This document shows, piece by piece, positions 8,607-17,884 of a DNA stretch of 42,101 nucleotides. How positions within the stretch are numbered: position 1 is the stretch's first letter; each line of letters starts with the position of its first letter. Under the pieces are notes generated by a model. That model was not told where the DNA came from and ran no database searches. It saw only the letters and a program-made list of their open reading frames with translations. Source of the DNA: Candidatus Poseidoniaceae archaeon (GTDB lineage Archaea > Thermoplasmatota > Poseidoniia > Poseidoniales > Poseidoniaceae); the NCBI GenBank assembly GCA_029250305.1, contig JAQXFM010000293.1, positions 1 to 42,101 on the forward strand, read 5' to 3'. The translations under genes were made by a program, and so were the position numbers.

Positions 8607-9845
8607 TCAGCGACTTGCGTAGAAACTCTGGATGAGTTTTGTCACTCGTTGGATATCATTGACGTCACGTGCAATCATGTCACGGAGAATCTCTTCACGT
8701 TGAGAGACGTGCTGTTCAAAGACATCTGGAGAAATACCCGCAGCCTTGCAGATTGTCTCCCTGAGTTTGGAGGGAATGCCTGTTTCTTCAATTTGGTCTG
8801 TTGCCGCATTGTACTTCCATATGATGTTGAGGCGGGGCTTGTCCCCTTCCATTCCTGCAACTTCGGCCACTTCAGTGATCTTCCGAGCGGTCTTTCCATT
8901 GACGTGAAGACGAGCTTGGATGATAATGAGGTCCAATCCACTCAACATGATTGGTGGAACGCTCATTGGAGGGTTGATCATTCGAGTGACGGTCTCTTGG
9001 GCGGTGTTTGCGTGCAGCGAACCAAAGGAACCATCGTGGCCTGTGTTCATCGCCGTGAGCAAGGTTGCGGCCTCTGGGCCCCGCACTTCACCAACGATGA
9101 TTCGATCTGGGCGCATTCGGAGGCTGGATTTCAAACAGTCGTTCATGTCAATCTCCGATGTACCGTCCGGTCGCTCCCTTCGAGTTTCCATTCGCAACCA
9201 GTGGTCGTGGTAGACTTGCAATTCAGCAGTGTCTTCAACGGTGAGAAGGCGACGGTGCCATGGAATGTACATACCGAGGCAATTGAGGGTCGTGGTCTTA
9301 CCAGAACCTGTACCACCTGCAATGACAAAGTTAGCGGGGCGGCTGTCAAGCCCTTCAATCCAAACCCACATCATAGCCGCAAGACGGGTGTTTACGGTTC
9401 CGAACTTGATGAGATCAATCATTGTAAGCGGATCTTCCTTGAACTTACGAATGGTCAATGTTGGCCCATCCGGAGAGACTGGAGGGATTGTGCCATTGAC
9501 ACGGGAACCGTCATGCAATCGTCCATCAAAAATTGGCACCATACCAGGCCCGTCACCGAGTGGAACGTTTGTGTATGAGGCGATGTTCTTGGCAATTTGA
9601 AGGCCTGATTCGTTATCGATGGTGAGGTTTGTTCGGCACATTCCGAATTTACGGTGAGCGACCTTGACTTCCTGTTGCCCGCCGTTGTACATCACTTCTT
9701 CCAGATTATCATCGTCGAGAAGGAGTTGAAGATCCCCATGCGGGTTTGGATCTGCAACACCATCAACATGGTAAATTGGAGAGGGATGATTCCCCTCGGT
9801 GTAAATCGTAACTCGGCCATACTGTTCTAAAATCGTTTGAGACAT
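8607..9845 (-). CDS. type IV pilus/Tad assembly ATPase (CpaF/TadA/VirB11 family)
   Basis: Walker A GGTGSGKTT, VEDTAEL, LRMRPDRIIVGEVRG, MNTGHDG..SLHAN. Confidence 0.94.
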   Translation of the reverse strand: MSQTILEQYGRVTIYTEGNHPSPIYHVDGVADPNPHGDLQLLLDDDNLEEVMYNGGQQEVKVAHRKFGMCRTNLTIDNESGLQIAKNIASYTNVPLGDGPGMVPIFDGRLHDGSRVNGTIPPVSPDGPTLTIRKFKEDPLTMIDLIKFGTVNTRLAAMMWVWIEGLDSRPANFVIAGGTGSGKTTTLNCLGMYIPWHRRLLTVEDTAELQVYHDHWLRMETRRERPDGTSEIDMNDCLKSSLRMRPDRIIVGEVRGPEAATLLTAMNTGHDGSFGSLHANTAQETVTRMINPPMSVPPIMLSGLDLIIIQARLHVNGKTARKITEVAEVAGMEGDKPRLNIIWKYNAATDQIEETGIPSKLRETICKAAGISPDVFEQHVSQREEILRDMIARDVNDIQRVTKLIQSFYASR

Positions 9846-9848
9846 TGC

Positions 9849-10580
9849 TTAACCTCCAATCATGACAACTGCGCCGAGGTACAAGCCCATGGACAGCGCA
9901 ATCCACAATGGCATCCACCATAGCGCATCTCTGAATCGCCCAAGCATGCGTCCTGAGACACCGAGGGCCACCGCTGAAGCGGCTCCAAAGAAGAGGGAAA
10001 AGGTGCGGTTGAAACTGTCAATTTGAAAGCCGCTGGAGGCAGGTGCGAACAAGCCGACAATGAACGCAATGAGAACTGGAAGGCCGATGGACACGAACAT
10101 CACAATCAGAAGGCCGCGTCCAAGCAATTCTTCTTCGCGGGTGTTCATCAAGTCGTTCAATCGCTCGTAGTCCATTGCCAAGTCTGATAGAATCTGTTGG
10201 AGAGGTGCGTCTTGTTCAATCGCAGTTTCGATCAAGACCATTACACGTTGGACTTGAGAGGATCGGGTCTTTGCAGCAAAGGCTGAAAGAGCAGCCTCAA
10301 ACGAAGACGAGTGGCTCTCTTCCAGCGTTTCAAGGAGTAATTTTCCAAGTGGGCCCTGAACATTGCGTGATTGTTCCATCATGGCCTCTTGTATGCCTCG
10401 CCCGGCTCCGACGGTGTCTGACAGGCCTTCGAGCAAACCCGGCAGTGCATTCTCTATAGAACGACGTCTCTTGCGTTCCATCATTGGAGGAACACCACCT
10501 GCAGCGCAAGCCATTCCAATCACAGAGAGATAGAGAAGGAGTGGATTTCCATTGAAGGTTTCAAGCAGTCCAAAGATCAT
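9849..10580 (-). CDS. type II secretion system F domain / TadC-like membrane platform protein
   Basis: N-terminal TM, IENALPGLLEGLSDTVGAGRGIQEAM, then further TMs. Adjacent to the ATPase. Confidence 0.82.
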   Translation of the reverse strand: MIFGLLETFNGNPLLLYLSVIGMACAAGGVPPMMERKRRRSIENALPGLLEGLSDTVGAGRGIQEAMMEQSRNVQGPLGKLLLETLEESHSSSFEAALSAFAAKTRSSQVQRVMVLIETAIEQDAPLQQILSDLAMDYERLNDLMNTREEELLGRGLLIVMFVSIGLPVLIAFIVGLFAPASSGFQIDSFNRTFSLFFGAASAVALGVSGRMLGRFRDALWWMPLWIALSMGLYLGAVVMIGG

Positions 10581-10584
10581 TGAA

Positions 10585-11166
10585 TCACAACCCCGGGTCC
10601 TTCGTGTGGGCCTTCAAGCCAATCAGCATCATACCGATGAGTGTAAACACCAAGCCACCGTTCACAACAGAATTGATCATTCCCTGGTCGATTGTACCAA
10701 CAATGGCTTCCGCCCCATCGCCGAGCAATTGTGGGACAAGGCCGACAATTGCTAGAATGATCGGGCCAATCATACCGATTGAAAGAAGCGTTTCAGGAAC
10801 TGCACCGAGCTCTTCGATGTATTTCTTCACTGACTCTGTGCGTTCATTCTCCATTCGAACACCCTGCTTTCGCAGCGTCTCGACAATGTCCGTGTTTTGA
10901 GTGACGTTGGAGTACATCGTATTCAACAGTCTGCGATACCCTTCGGATTCTGCTTTCTTGAGCAACCCTTTCAGTTCACGGTCGAGCCCACCCGCCGTCC
11001 CTTTTCGCAACCGCTTCATCATCGAAGAGAAGTCTTCTGAAATGACGCCGTAGCCGCCACTTCCAATCGTGTGAATGGCTGCTTCAAGACCTACGCCAGA
11101 CGACATGAGGACGTCAAGCGTGCGGATGACGTAGAGAATTTCTCTCTGCTCATCCAACTTTCGCAT
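10585..11166 (-). CDS. type II secretion system F domain / TadB-like membrane platform protein (short)
   Basis: VLMSSGVGLEAAIHTIGSGGYGVISEDF, DIVETLR, two C-terminal TMs. In the same operon as the TadC-like gene and ATPase. Confidence 0.8.
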   Translation of the reverse strand: MRKLDEQREILYVIRTLDVLMSSGVGLEAAIHTIGSGGYGVISEDFSSMMKRLRKGTAGGLDRELKGLLKKAESEGYRRLLNTMYSNVTQNTDIVETLRKQGVRMENERTESVKKYIEELGAVPETLLSIGMIGPIILAIVGLVPQLLGDGAEAIVGTIDQGMINSVVNGGLVFTLIGMMLIGLKAHTKDPGL

Positions 11167-11175
11167 AGCAATACC

Positions 11176-11529
11176 TCAAACAATGTCTTCGATCAGCTCG
11201 AACATGAAGGCCTCGCTGGTGCCTTCGTATTCCATAACGGCAAACAAGACTTTGACATCTCGTTCTTCAAATGGGTCGTGAATGTAAGGCTGGCCGCTAC
11301 GGAACATGCTGAGAATACGCTTGTAATTCTCCAAATTTACTTCGCCCTTTACGGTATAAACAGTTGACTCTGAGCCCTCGTCGTGGAGGTTATCACCTTC
11401 TTCACCACGGATGATTGTACGGGTCAATCGACGCGTCAATCGCACATGTATGTCACAATTTGGAATTCGTACCCAATCTGAGCTTGATGTCCCAGTTGCG
11501 GGACGAATAAAGAAATCTAATCCAGCCAT
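11176..11529 (-). CDS. small hypothetical protein resembling phage tail-tube-initiator / DNA-circularisation N-terminal / GpU-like proteins
   Basis: 117 aa with the pattern RRLTRTIIRGEEGDNLHDEG..YTVKG..ILSMF..GQPYIHDPF..VKV..FMFELIED. The CDS is well supported; the family call is pattern-based only. Confidence 0.55.
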   Translation of the reverse strand: MAGLDFFIRPATGTSSSDWVRIPNCDIHVRLTRRLTRTIIRGEEGDNLHDEGSESTVYTVKGEVNLENYKRILSMFRSGQPYIHDPFEERDVKVLFAVMEYEGTSEAFMFELIEDIV

Positions 11530-11590
11530 GCAGTTGACCCCTATGCTTTGCACGCACAGAGAAGGTCTTCAATGTTGGGGGAGAAACGAA

Positions 11591-12523
11591 TCACGATACG
11601 ATTCTAAACCATCCAAAGCGAGGTTCGTGAAGCGTGCCTTCATTCGACAGTTCATCCAACTTGGCCTCTGCCAGTTGACGATCGATGCCTCTTGCGTCTG
11701 CATTGGTCAAAACAGTCTCAAAATCAACACCGTCGCCTTGGTCGAGCTGACCAATGATTGCAACAAGTGTCTCTTTGACAGCATCGTCATCGGAAGCGCC
11801 CGCAGCTGCAGGAGCATCATCCAACGTCGACTGTGGCGGTGGAGCCGGTTGGCTGGCTGCTTCCATTCGTCCCTCTGCAATGTCAAGCGCTTGCATGACG
11901 TTCAGGGTGTAGGTCTCGGTGTCGAACTCACCGTAGTGGTTCCTTGAAAGAAGAAGTCCGTCGACCATGTGATCTGGAACACCTGCAGCCTTCAAGCCTT
12001 CAGCCGTCGGTTCTGCAGAGAGGGAATCATTGCGCGTCTTCATGCGCTGAAGCGTCCCCTCAGAGGCTCTGGTCAGCCAGAGAGCGTATGTTTTGGCATC
12101 GATCTCACACGCTTCTTCTGGACGGAGTGAAGTGTACACAGCGCCTTCGTCAGTTTGATACCAACGTGATTTCGCAGTCATCAGGAGAAGCACTGGCTCG
12201 CCGATCTCTGTCTTTTCAACAAGAGAGAGCGTCAATTCTCGCATCGATTCGGAGGCGTAATCGCCAACGGAGAAGTAATGCAAGCCCGATGGGTCCCTCA
12301 TTTGACCTTGATAGAGCGTTGAACCATTCGAGGTCTCTCGCACTTCAAGGCGTTCAAGGAGACCTGCGACAATCACACGGTTGACTTTCGCACCAAGCTT
12401 TGTAATGACGAAGGAGGGATCATATTCACCAGATCCTTTCTCATTCAACGTCGCTTCACTGAACTCTGAGGCAAGCATGTGCCATGCAGGTTGTCGGCGA
12501 ACTCGTCCACTTGACTGCATCAT
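11591..12523 (-). CDS. RPA-associated protein / RPA32-like subunit (OB fold + C-terminal winged helix)
   Basis: RRQPAWHMLASEF..DPSFVITKLGAKVNRVIVAG is typical of euryarchaeal RPA-associated proteins; C-terminal wHTH ends EGTLHEPRFG. Start overlaps the RPA stop (ATGA). Confidence 0.82.
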   Translation of the reverse strand: MMQSSGRVRRQPAWHMLASEFSEATLNEKGSGEYDPSFVITKLGAKVNRVIVAGLLERLEVRETSNGSTLYQGQMRDPSGLHYFSVGDYASESMRELTLSLVEKTEIGEPVLLLMTAKSRWYQTDEGAVYTSLRPEEACEIDAKTYALWLTRASEGTLQRMKTRNDSLSAEPTAEGLKAAGVPDHMVDGLLLSRNHYGEFDTETYTLNVMQALDIAEGRMEAASQPAPPPQSTLDDAPAAAGASDDDAVKETLVAIIGQLDQGDGVDFETVLTNADARGIDRQLAEAKLDELSNEGTLHEPRFGWFRIVS

Positions 12524-14214
12524 GACACCCCCCAGTGAGCACGCAATTCAGTCGCAAGCATTCCCGCATCCTCTTCGACCACAGCAGCGCCATCAGCCAA
12601 CATCATTGCACCTTGCTCATCGACAATGGTCCGTCCTGTTGCTTTGACAGTGCGTCCAAGGAGGGTGCCCCGAAGGGTTTGGACAAATGCCATCTGACCA
12701 TCTTGATCGACAGCCGCCTTCATCTGAGCTTCATCCATTCCAAGCAATGCCAATGTGGCTGCTTTGTTGGTCAAGAGAGAGACGCTTGAGCGCCCATCAT
12801 CCATGACCAATCGCAGGCGAACATCGCTGTTGCCATCGTTCGGGCCGTGTTCGGCACACGCACCATCGCGAAGGACCCTGCGGCATTCTGTGCAGCGTTG
12901 AATGAATCCTGAATCCTCACGCACGCTGACAATGATTGCAGACGTGGAAACGCCAACTCGACTGGCGCCTGTTGCCAGGTCATGAAGATCGACTTCCGCC
13001 GTATGGTTGGTCAAGTCAAGCGATTCATCCCATGGTGTTGCATCGAGAAGTTCGACTTGGTCCACATTGTCTACAGTGATGTCTGGGATTCCCTGCCAAG
13101 CACGAACACGCACGCCCTTGAGACGAACGGTCATTGGCAGTTGATCATCTGATATCGGCAATTCGCTCCATGCACTCATTCGGCATCGGCCTGTTGGGTC
13201 GGCAATTTGCCCCGACCACAAGAAGCGCTCTTCGCCGTCACGCGTGAACGAACGCTTGGCCCATTCGGTGATTTGTACAACAGCGTCGACATCCCTGGCG
13301 CCATCCCTCAATTCAGAGATGGTGAGAACGGTTTGTTGAGACAGAGATTCTGCATCAGCGAAGTTCTTGTCGTGGAAGATTTCAACCTTGGTGGTGCGGC
13401 CGAAATTAAGTTCAGGCGTATCCCTAAAGGTTCGGACTTGAGCACCATCGATCTTGAGAAGGCTGCCCACTGCATGTTCGAAAGGTTCCCACGAGAGGAA
13501 GCCAATCGTTCCACTTTCATCCGCAATGCGACCTCGAACAATGTCCAGTGACCCCGAACCATCCTTCTTGTGGATTTGGTCCGGGCGAGAAGCGAGCACA
13601 CGGCCCACCACGCAGACATAACCATCGCCGGGAAGGCTGTTGATGTCTTGAGGCTCTCCGGGTGCGACAACGGGGCGGGTACCCTCACGCACAACTGCAA
13701 TCCGAGTGGATTGGTTAATGTTGAGGGACATACGACCTTGGTACTCGTTCACAGATGCGCCTTCAATTCGGACGATGGAACCCGGTGCCAAGTTCGCGCT
13801 TGGACCCCAGTCTTTGTATTCCCAACGGGTTTTGTCGCCTTTTTCCTCCCAAGGGTTGTCTTCAAGAAGACCAAAGGCAATTTGTTTCTGTTCACCACGA
13901 ATGGTCTGCTCTCGCATGTTATGAGAAATGATTTCGACTTCGATTTCGACTTCTTTGTCGTTCCCGTTCAATTCACTTAGCCGACTGACTTTCTTTGTGT
14001 TTCTCGGGGCGGATGAACCGCCTTGAGAAGGGCTGCGATTTGTTGGAACTGACTGCTCACCCTTGAAGCGACGCAGGATTGACCGCATCGCATCTTGTGG
14101 CGGGATGTAAAATTCAGTTTCGTATTTTGCAAACGCTTCTGCAACATCTTTCGGATCTGCATCCGGGCATTCTGCCAAAATTGCGTTGACGTGCGTCTCA
14201 TACTTTTCAGACAT
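12520..14214 (-). CDS. rpa: replication protein A (multi-OB-fold ssDNA-binding protein with Zn finger)
   Basis: Repeated OB motifs (GRIADESGTI, GQIADPTG) and a CTEC..CAEH zinc finger followed by DVRLRLVMDDG. GGAGG RBS before ATG 14214. Confidence 0.9.
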   Translation of the reverse strand: MSEKYETHVNAILAECPDADPKDVAEAFAKYETEFYIPPQDAMRSILRRFKGEQSVPTNRSPSQGGSSAPRNTKKVSRLSELNGNDKEVEIEVEIISHNMREQTIRGEQKQIAFGLLEDNPWEEKGDKTRWEYKDWGPSANLAPGSIVRIEGASVNEYQGRMSLNINQSTRIAVVREGTRPVVAPGEPQDINSLPGDGYVCVVGRVLASRPDQIHKKDGSGSLDIVRGRIADESGTIGFLSWEPFEHAVGSLLKIDGAQVRTFRDTPELNFGRTTKVEIFHDKNFADAESLSQQTVLTISELRDGARDVDAVVQITEWAKRSFTRDGEERFLWSGQIADPTGRCRMSAWSELPISDDQLPMTVRLKGVRVRAWQGIPDITVDNVDQVELLDATPWDESLDLTNHTAEVDLHDLATGASRVGVSTSAIIVSVREDSGFIQRCTECRRVLRDGACAEHGPNDGNSDVRLRLVMDDGRSSVSLLTNKAATLALLGMDEAQMKAAVDQDGQMAFVQTLRGTLLGRTVKATGRTIVDEQGAMMLADGAAVVEEDAGMLATELRAHWGVS

Positions 14215-14405
14215 GAGCAAGTCCTCCGTCAGACGTGTTCGTTTGATGCCTGTACGGAGAACAGGCTGCGGGCTTTCGTGCGGATTGGTTGAGTCTATAC
14301 ACTCCCTTGACCTCCATGGTAATGAACAAAGATGACGACGGGACTTAAACAATACCGTGTGAATTTCTGTGAAGTCGCCTTCACTTGACAAAGCCGCAAT
14401 GAACT

Positions 14406-15815
14406 TTAAGCGGGGTTCACGCGTAATCCTTGCAGCATCAAGACATCCGGAAGATGCATGCTTCCCGAAGAATACGAGCCTTGGACACGAACATCGTCAC
14501 CGAGCCGAACGCCCTCGGAAAGGGCTTTTGCAAGGTTGCCAGAGAGTCCAGCTTGCTTCACAGGGCCAAGAATTTGACCACCTTCAACCCGTAGAATGGT
14601 GCTCGTTGTCACTGAGAAATCACCGCTTGTCGGATTCGCTGTGTGGGCACCCATCACGCTGTGAACGATGTATCCATCGCCCATTTCTTGCAGGAGTGCA
14701 TCTTGGGAATGGCCTCCATTTTTGGAAGTCATGGTAAAGTCACTGCAGCCAATACCGGGCGGCGATTGGTGTCCGCCACGGACGGCGTTTCCAGTCGTTT
14801 CAGCATGCTCGATTCGCCCTTCAGCAACCTGTTGCGCTGCATCCCTTGTGCCCCACATGGAGCCAACAAGTCGACCGTTTTCGACGAGTGTTTGGCGACG
14901 GCTCGGTACGCCTTCTCCGTCGCGGGAACTTGCAGATTTACCGCCATCCATTCGACCATCATCGATCAGCGAAAGGTCAGAGGCAAGCACTTGAGTTCCT
15001 TCTTTGCCGGACCAGAACGATTCATTGCGAACCAATCGGTCACCTCGTAGTGCGGTTGGAACGACCATTGAAAACAAGGGTGAGAAACCTTCACTCGTCA
15101 TGAGCACAGGCGTATCTTGTGGCTGACTATCGATTTCAATCGGCCCACGTGTGACTTGAGCCCAATGCACTGCGTTTGCGATGCAAGGAGGCACATCTGC
15201 CAACAACTGCCGACCGGAATCCCCTTCGTAGGAACTGGTGAGTTCATCATCAGCATCGATGGAAACTTGGACGCCAAGCCCATGAGAGGTGGTGATGCCA
15301 GAGGATTCAATCCCTTCGCTGGAAAGAATGGCCGATGCCGTGGCACCAACGCCGAGGCCCCCGCCCGTCACAACAGCACGCTTGTCAAGTGAAGCCACTT
15401 CACTCAACACTGCGTCTGCTTGTTCTAACAGGTCTTCTGGACCAATGTCAAGAATGCGACGATCGCACAAACCCTCGACTGGTGCTGCCTCTTGAGCACT
15501 TGGGAGAACAAAACCTTCGATGGAAGGTGATGCACGTGCCACATCGAGTGCTTGTTTGATTGCAGGGGTTGCAGAACTTGCGTCGACGAGGTAAGCGTAG
15601 CCAAATCGGCCTTCTTCCACCACACGGATGCCATATCCGCCCTCGCCACCGCCAGCAGCGAGCGAAATCTTTCCTGCTTCGATGTCAAGTTGGTGGCCAT
15701 AAGATTGGAACGCTACTACTTCCCATTGCGAAATTCCTTCTTGCTTGCAAAGGTCGCCGATGCGTTTGCACCCTTCTCCGATTCTCTCAACAGCGTCGTT
15801 TGGTAGCATCTTCAT
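14406..15815 (-). CDS. pmbA: TldE/PmbA family protein
   Basis: YGIRVVEEGRFGYAY, RDGEGVP..LVENG, TTGNAVRG, GAHTANPTSGDFSV. No HExxxH. Translationally coupled to tldD. Confidence 0.9.
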   Translation of the reverse strand: MKMLPNDAVERIGEGCKRIGDLCKQEGISQWEVVAFQSYGHQLDIEAGKISLAAGGGEGGYGIRVVEEGRFGYAYLVDASSATPAIKQALDVARASPSIEGFVLPSAQEAAPVEGLCDRRILDIGPEDLLEQADAVLSEVASLDKRAVVTGGGLGVGATASAILSSEGIESSGITTSHGLGVQVSIDADDELTSSYEGDSGRQLLADVPPCIANAVHWAQVTRGPIEIDSQPQDTPVLMTSEGFSPLFSMVVPTALRGDRLVRNESFWSGKEGTQVLASDLSLIDDGRMDGGKSASSRDGEGVPSRRQTLVENGRLVGSMWGTRDAAQQVAEGRIEHAETTGNAVRGGHQSPPGIGCSDFTMTSKNGGHSQDALLQEMGDGYIVHSVMGAHTANPTSGDFSVTTSTILRVEGGQILGPVKQAGLSGNLAKALSEGVRLGDDVRVQGSYSSGSMHLPDVLMLQGLRVNPA

Positions 15816-17254
15816 CCCACCAATGCGTTTGAAATTCTCATAATCGGACCGCCGTCCCCGACCGGGACTGTTTGTCCCTTTCCACAGAAACCAGGCGCTG
15901 CAAGGCGAGCATCTTGAGTAAGGCCATCGACATCCTTGAGAATTTGAAGGGTCAATCCGCTCACACTGACATCTTTCAGTGGCTTGGTGAGTTCACCGTT
16001 TTCGATGAGCCACGCTTCTTGTGCAGCAAATTGGAATGAGCCTCGACCCGTGTCCACTTGCCCACCTCTGGAACCGCAAGCATAAACGCCGTAACTGATG
16101 TCTTCAATCAGTTCATCCAAATCGTTGTGGGTTCCGCCCTGAATCATGGTGTTCGACATGCGCACGAGCGGGTGGTGAAGGCCGTCTTGGGCACGAGCAC
16201 CTGCGTTCGGTGCGATGCCGAAGTGGTGGGCAGTCTCTCGATGGTTGAGGTATTCGGTAAGCACACCGTTCTTGATGAGGCATTTCTCACGGGTGTCAAG
16301 ACCTTCATCATCAATTGGATGGGCTCCGTACCCACCACGAATGGTTGGATCATCGACCACGGTGACGATGCTGTTGCCAATCGTTTGGCCTAACTTTCCA
16401 TCGAGGCACGAGTCGCCAGCTGCGACTAAGTCTGCTTCACATGGGTGGCCAAGTGCCTCGTGGATGTAGACTCCAGTGAGGTCACGGTCGGCCACAAGCG
16501 GGAGTTTTCCAGATGGAGCACGTTCTGCTTTCAAAAGTCGAAGTGTTGCGATTTGAGCAGTTCGGCCGAGTTCTCCAAGATCGCATGCCTCGATGACTTC
16601 AAGACCCCCTTCGCCGCCATGGCGCGTTCTATAGGAGACGACATCGCCTCCATCACGACCGGTGACGGTTGCGTTGATGAGGGAGCGTTGAAACGACCAC
16701 GTACGGTTCATGCCTTCTGAAGTCATCAACTCAGTGTGGAGGTGTTCATCATGCCAGCCACATGTAACAGAGACAATTCGTTCGTCCTCTGCCGCGCTGT
16801 CATGGAGCGTCATCAGGTGGTGAAGTTTGGTATCCAAATCGGTGTTTCGTACATCCTTCTTTGGTATCCAATGGACTTCATTTTCCAAGATTGGAACCTC
16901 TGCAAGGGCGACAGGCCGGTCTTTGGAGGCCCTGCGAGCAGCCACAGCCTTGGCGAGTTTCACAGTTGACTCAACTTGGCCAGGGAGCGAAAGAACATCC
17001 GTTGTCGAATGCACGCCCCACGCCCCATCAGCCAAAATTCGCATGGTGACGCCGATGTCTTGACCTGGAATGGCTCGCTCGAGTTTCCCATCTCGAATGG
17101 CCACTGAGGAGTCAGTGATCGCCATCAAACGGACTTCTGCATAGGAAGCGCCGAGATCTTGGGCATGGTCAAGTGCGGCCTGAATTTTCGATTGTTGAAG
17201 GTATCGACCGGTCCCTGAAGTACGGTCGTCGTTTGGGCTAGCACTCATCACCAT
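15812..17254 (-). CDS. tldD: TldD family metalloprotease
   Basis: HEALGHPCEAD zinc motif, VTVVDDP, DDEG, PLVRMSNT, C-terminal CGKGQ..PVGDGGP. Confidence 0.94.
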   Translation of the reverse strand: MVMSASPNDDRTSGTGRYLQQSKIQAALDHAQDLGASYAEVRLMAITDSSVAIRDGKLERAIPGQDIGVTMRILADGAWGVHSTTDVLSLPGQVESTVKLAKAVAARRASKDRPVALAEVPILENEVHWIPKKDVRNTDLDTKLHHLMTLHDSAAEDERIVSVTCGWHDEHLHTELMTSEGMNRTWSFQRSLINATVTGRDGGDVVSYRTRHGGEGGLEVIEACDLGELGRTAQIATLRLLKAERAPSGKLPLVADRDLTGVYIHEALGHPCEADLVAAGDSCLDGKLGQTIGNSIVTVVDDPTIRGGYGAHPIDDEGLDTREKCLIKNGVLTEYLNHRETAHHFGIAPNAGARAQDGLHHPLVRMSNTMIQGGTHNDLDELIEDISYGVYACGSRGGQVDTGRGSFQFAAQEAWLIENGELTKPLKDVSVSGLTLQILKDVDGLTQDARLAAPGFCGKGQTVPVGDGGPIMRISNALVG

Positions 17255-17278
17255 GGAAACACGGAGAAGCCTGTAGTG

Positions 17279-17286
17279 CTTGAACC
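17279..17286 (-). promoter_or_regulatory. TATA-like element (GGTTCAAG), 25 nt upstream of the tldD ATG
   Basis: Identical in sequence and spacing to the element upstream of the pilin gene. Confidence 0.5.
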
Positions 17287-17302
17287 CTGCTCCGTTGCGT
17301 GT

Positions 17303-17884
17303 TCAAGAATGGAACTCCGAAGAGAGCACATGTCCAATCAAGAGATCGCACGTTAAGCCAACCTTTTCATCGAATTGAACACCCAATCGATGGGCGCCTT
17401 CTGTGTTGCATTCAAGGCGAACAGCCTCAAGGTTGACCCCCATGGAGTTCGCCAATACCTCAGACTGTTGGGCCCACTTTTTGTTCAAATCGGATTGGGC
17501 AGGAGATTGAGATTCTATTTCGACATCGGCAGAAGGGAGCACGAGAAAGAAGCCTGTTTGATCTCCGTTTCTGACACCTGCACGCTTGAACGCTTCCGAA
17601 ACATGGTGCGTACCTGCGAGGTAGCGGAGAAACTCTGCGTCAAACGAACGAGCGAGGGAAGTCCCCCTTCGCTGACGGCGTGCGGCACTGTTCCAAGCGG
17701 TCCAGAGTTGCATGTGACATTGTGCGATGCCGTCTCCGACCAGCACCCAATGGTCATTCGGACGGTGCTCAAGGAAGGTTTTCGTGAGGTCAGCGCCTTT
17801 GACAGGCGAAGAGGCTCGCCAAGTAAAGCAAGGGAAATCCCCTCCATCCATGTCCATGCGAAGGAGGGGGGAATTTTCAATCAT
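17303..17884 (-). CDS. cgi121: KEOPS complex subunit Cgi121
   Basis: HMQLWTA..A..LARSFDAEFLRYLAGTHHVSEAFKRAGV matches Cgi121. ATG 17884 overlaps the hel308 stop; hel308-cgi121 linkage is known in euryarchaea. Confidence 0.85.
   Translation of the reverse strand: MIENSPLLRMDMDGGDFPCFTWRASSPVKGADLTKTFLEHRPNDHWVLVGDGIAQCHMQLWTAWNSAARRQRRGTSLARSFDAEFLRYLAGTHHVSEAFKRAGVRNGDQTGFFLVLPSADVEIESQSPAQSDLNKKWAQQSEVLANSMGVNLEAVRLECNTEGAHRLGVQFDEKVGLTCDLLIGHVLSSEFHS

Noticed and set aside
8649..9578. 309-aa plus-strand ORF, and similar long antisense ORFs at 27695-28456, 28985-29635, 30825-31772, 32149-32859 and 40911-41633
   Set aside because: Each lies antisense to a well-supported conserved gene and has no recognisable motifs; typical codon-bias shadow ORFs.
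11176..11529. Prophage or mobile element suggested by the tail-like gene
   Set aside because: No integrase, terminase, capsid or att-like repeats and no evident compositional shift; flanked by housekeeping genes.
14406..17254. tldD/tldE as part of a RiPP (microcin-like) cluster
   Set aside because: No precursor peptide, YcaO or transporter nearby; tldDE pairs are common archaeal housekeeping genes.
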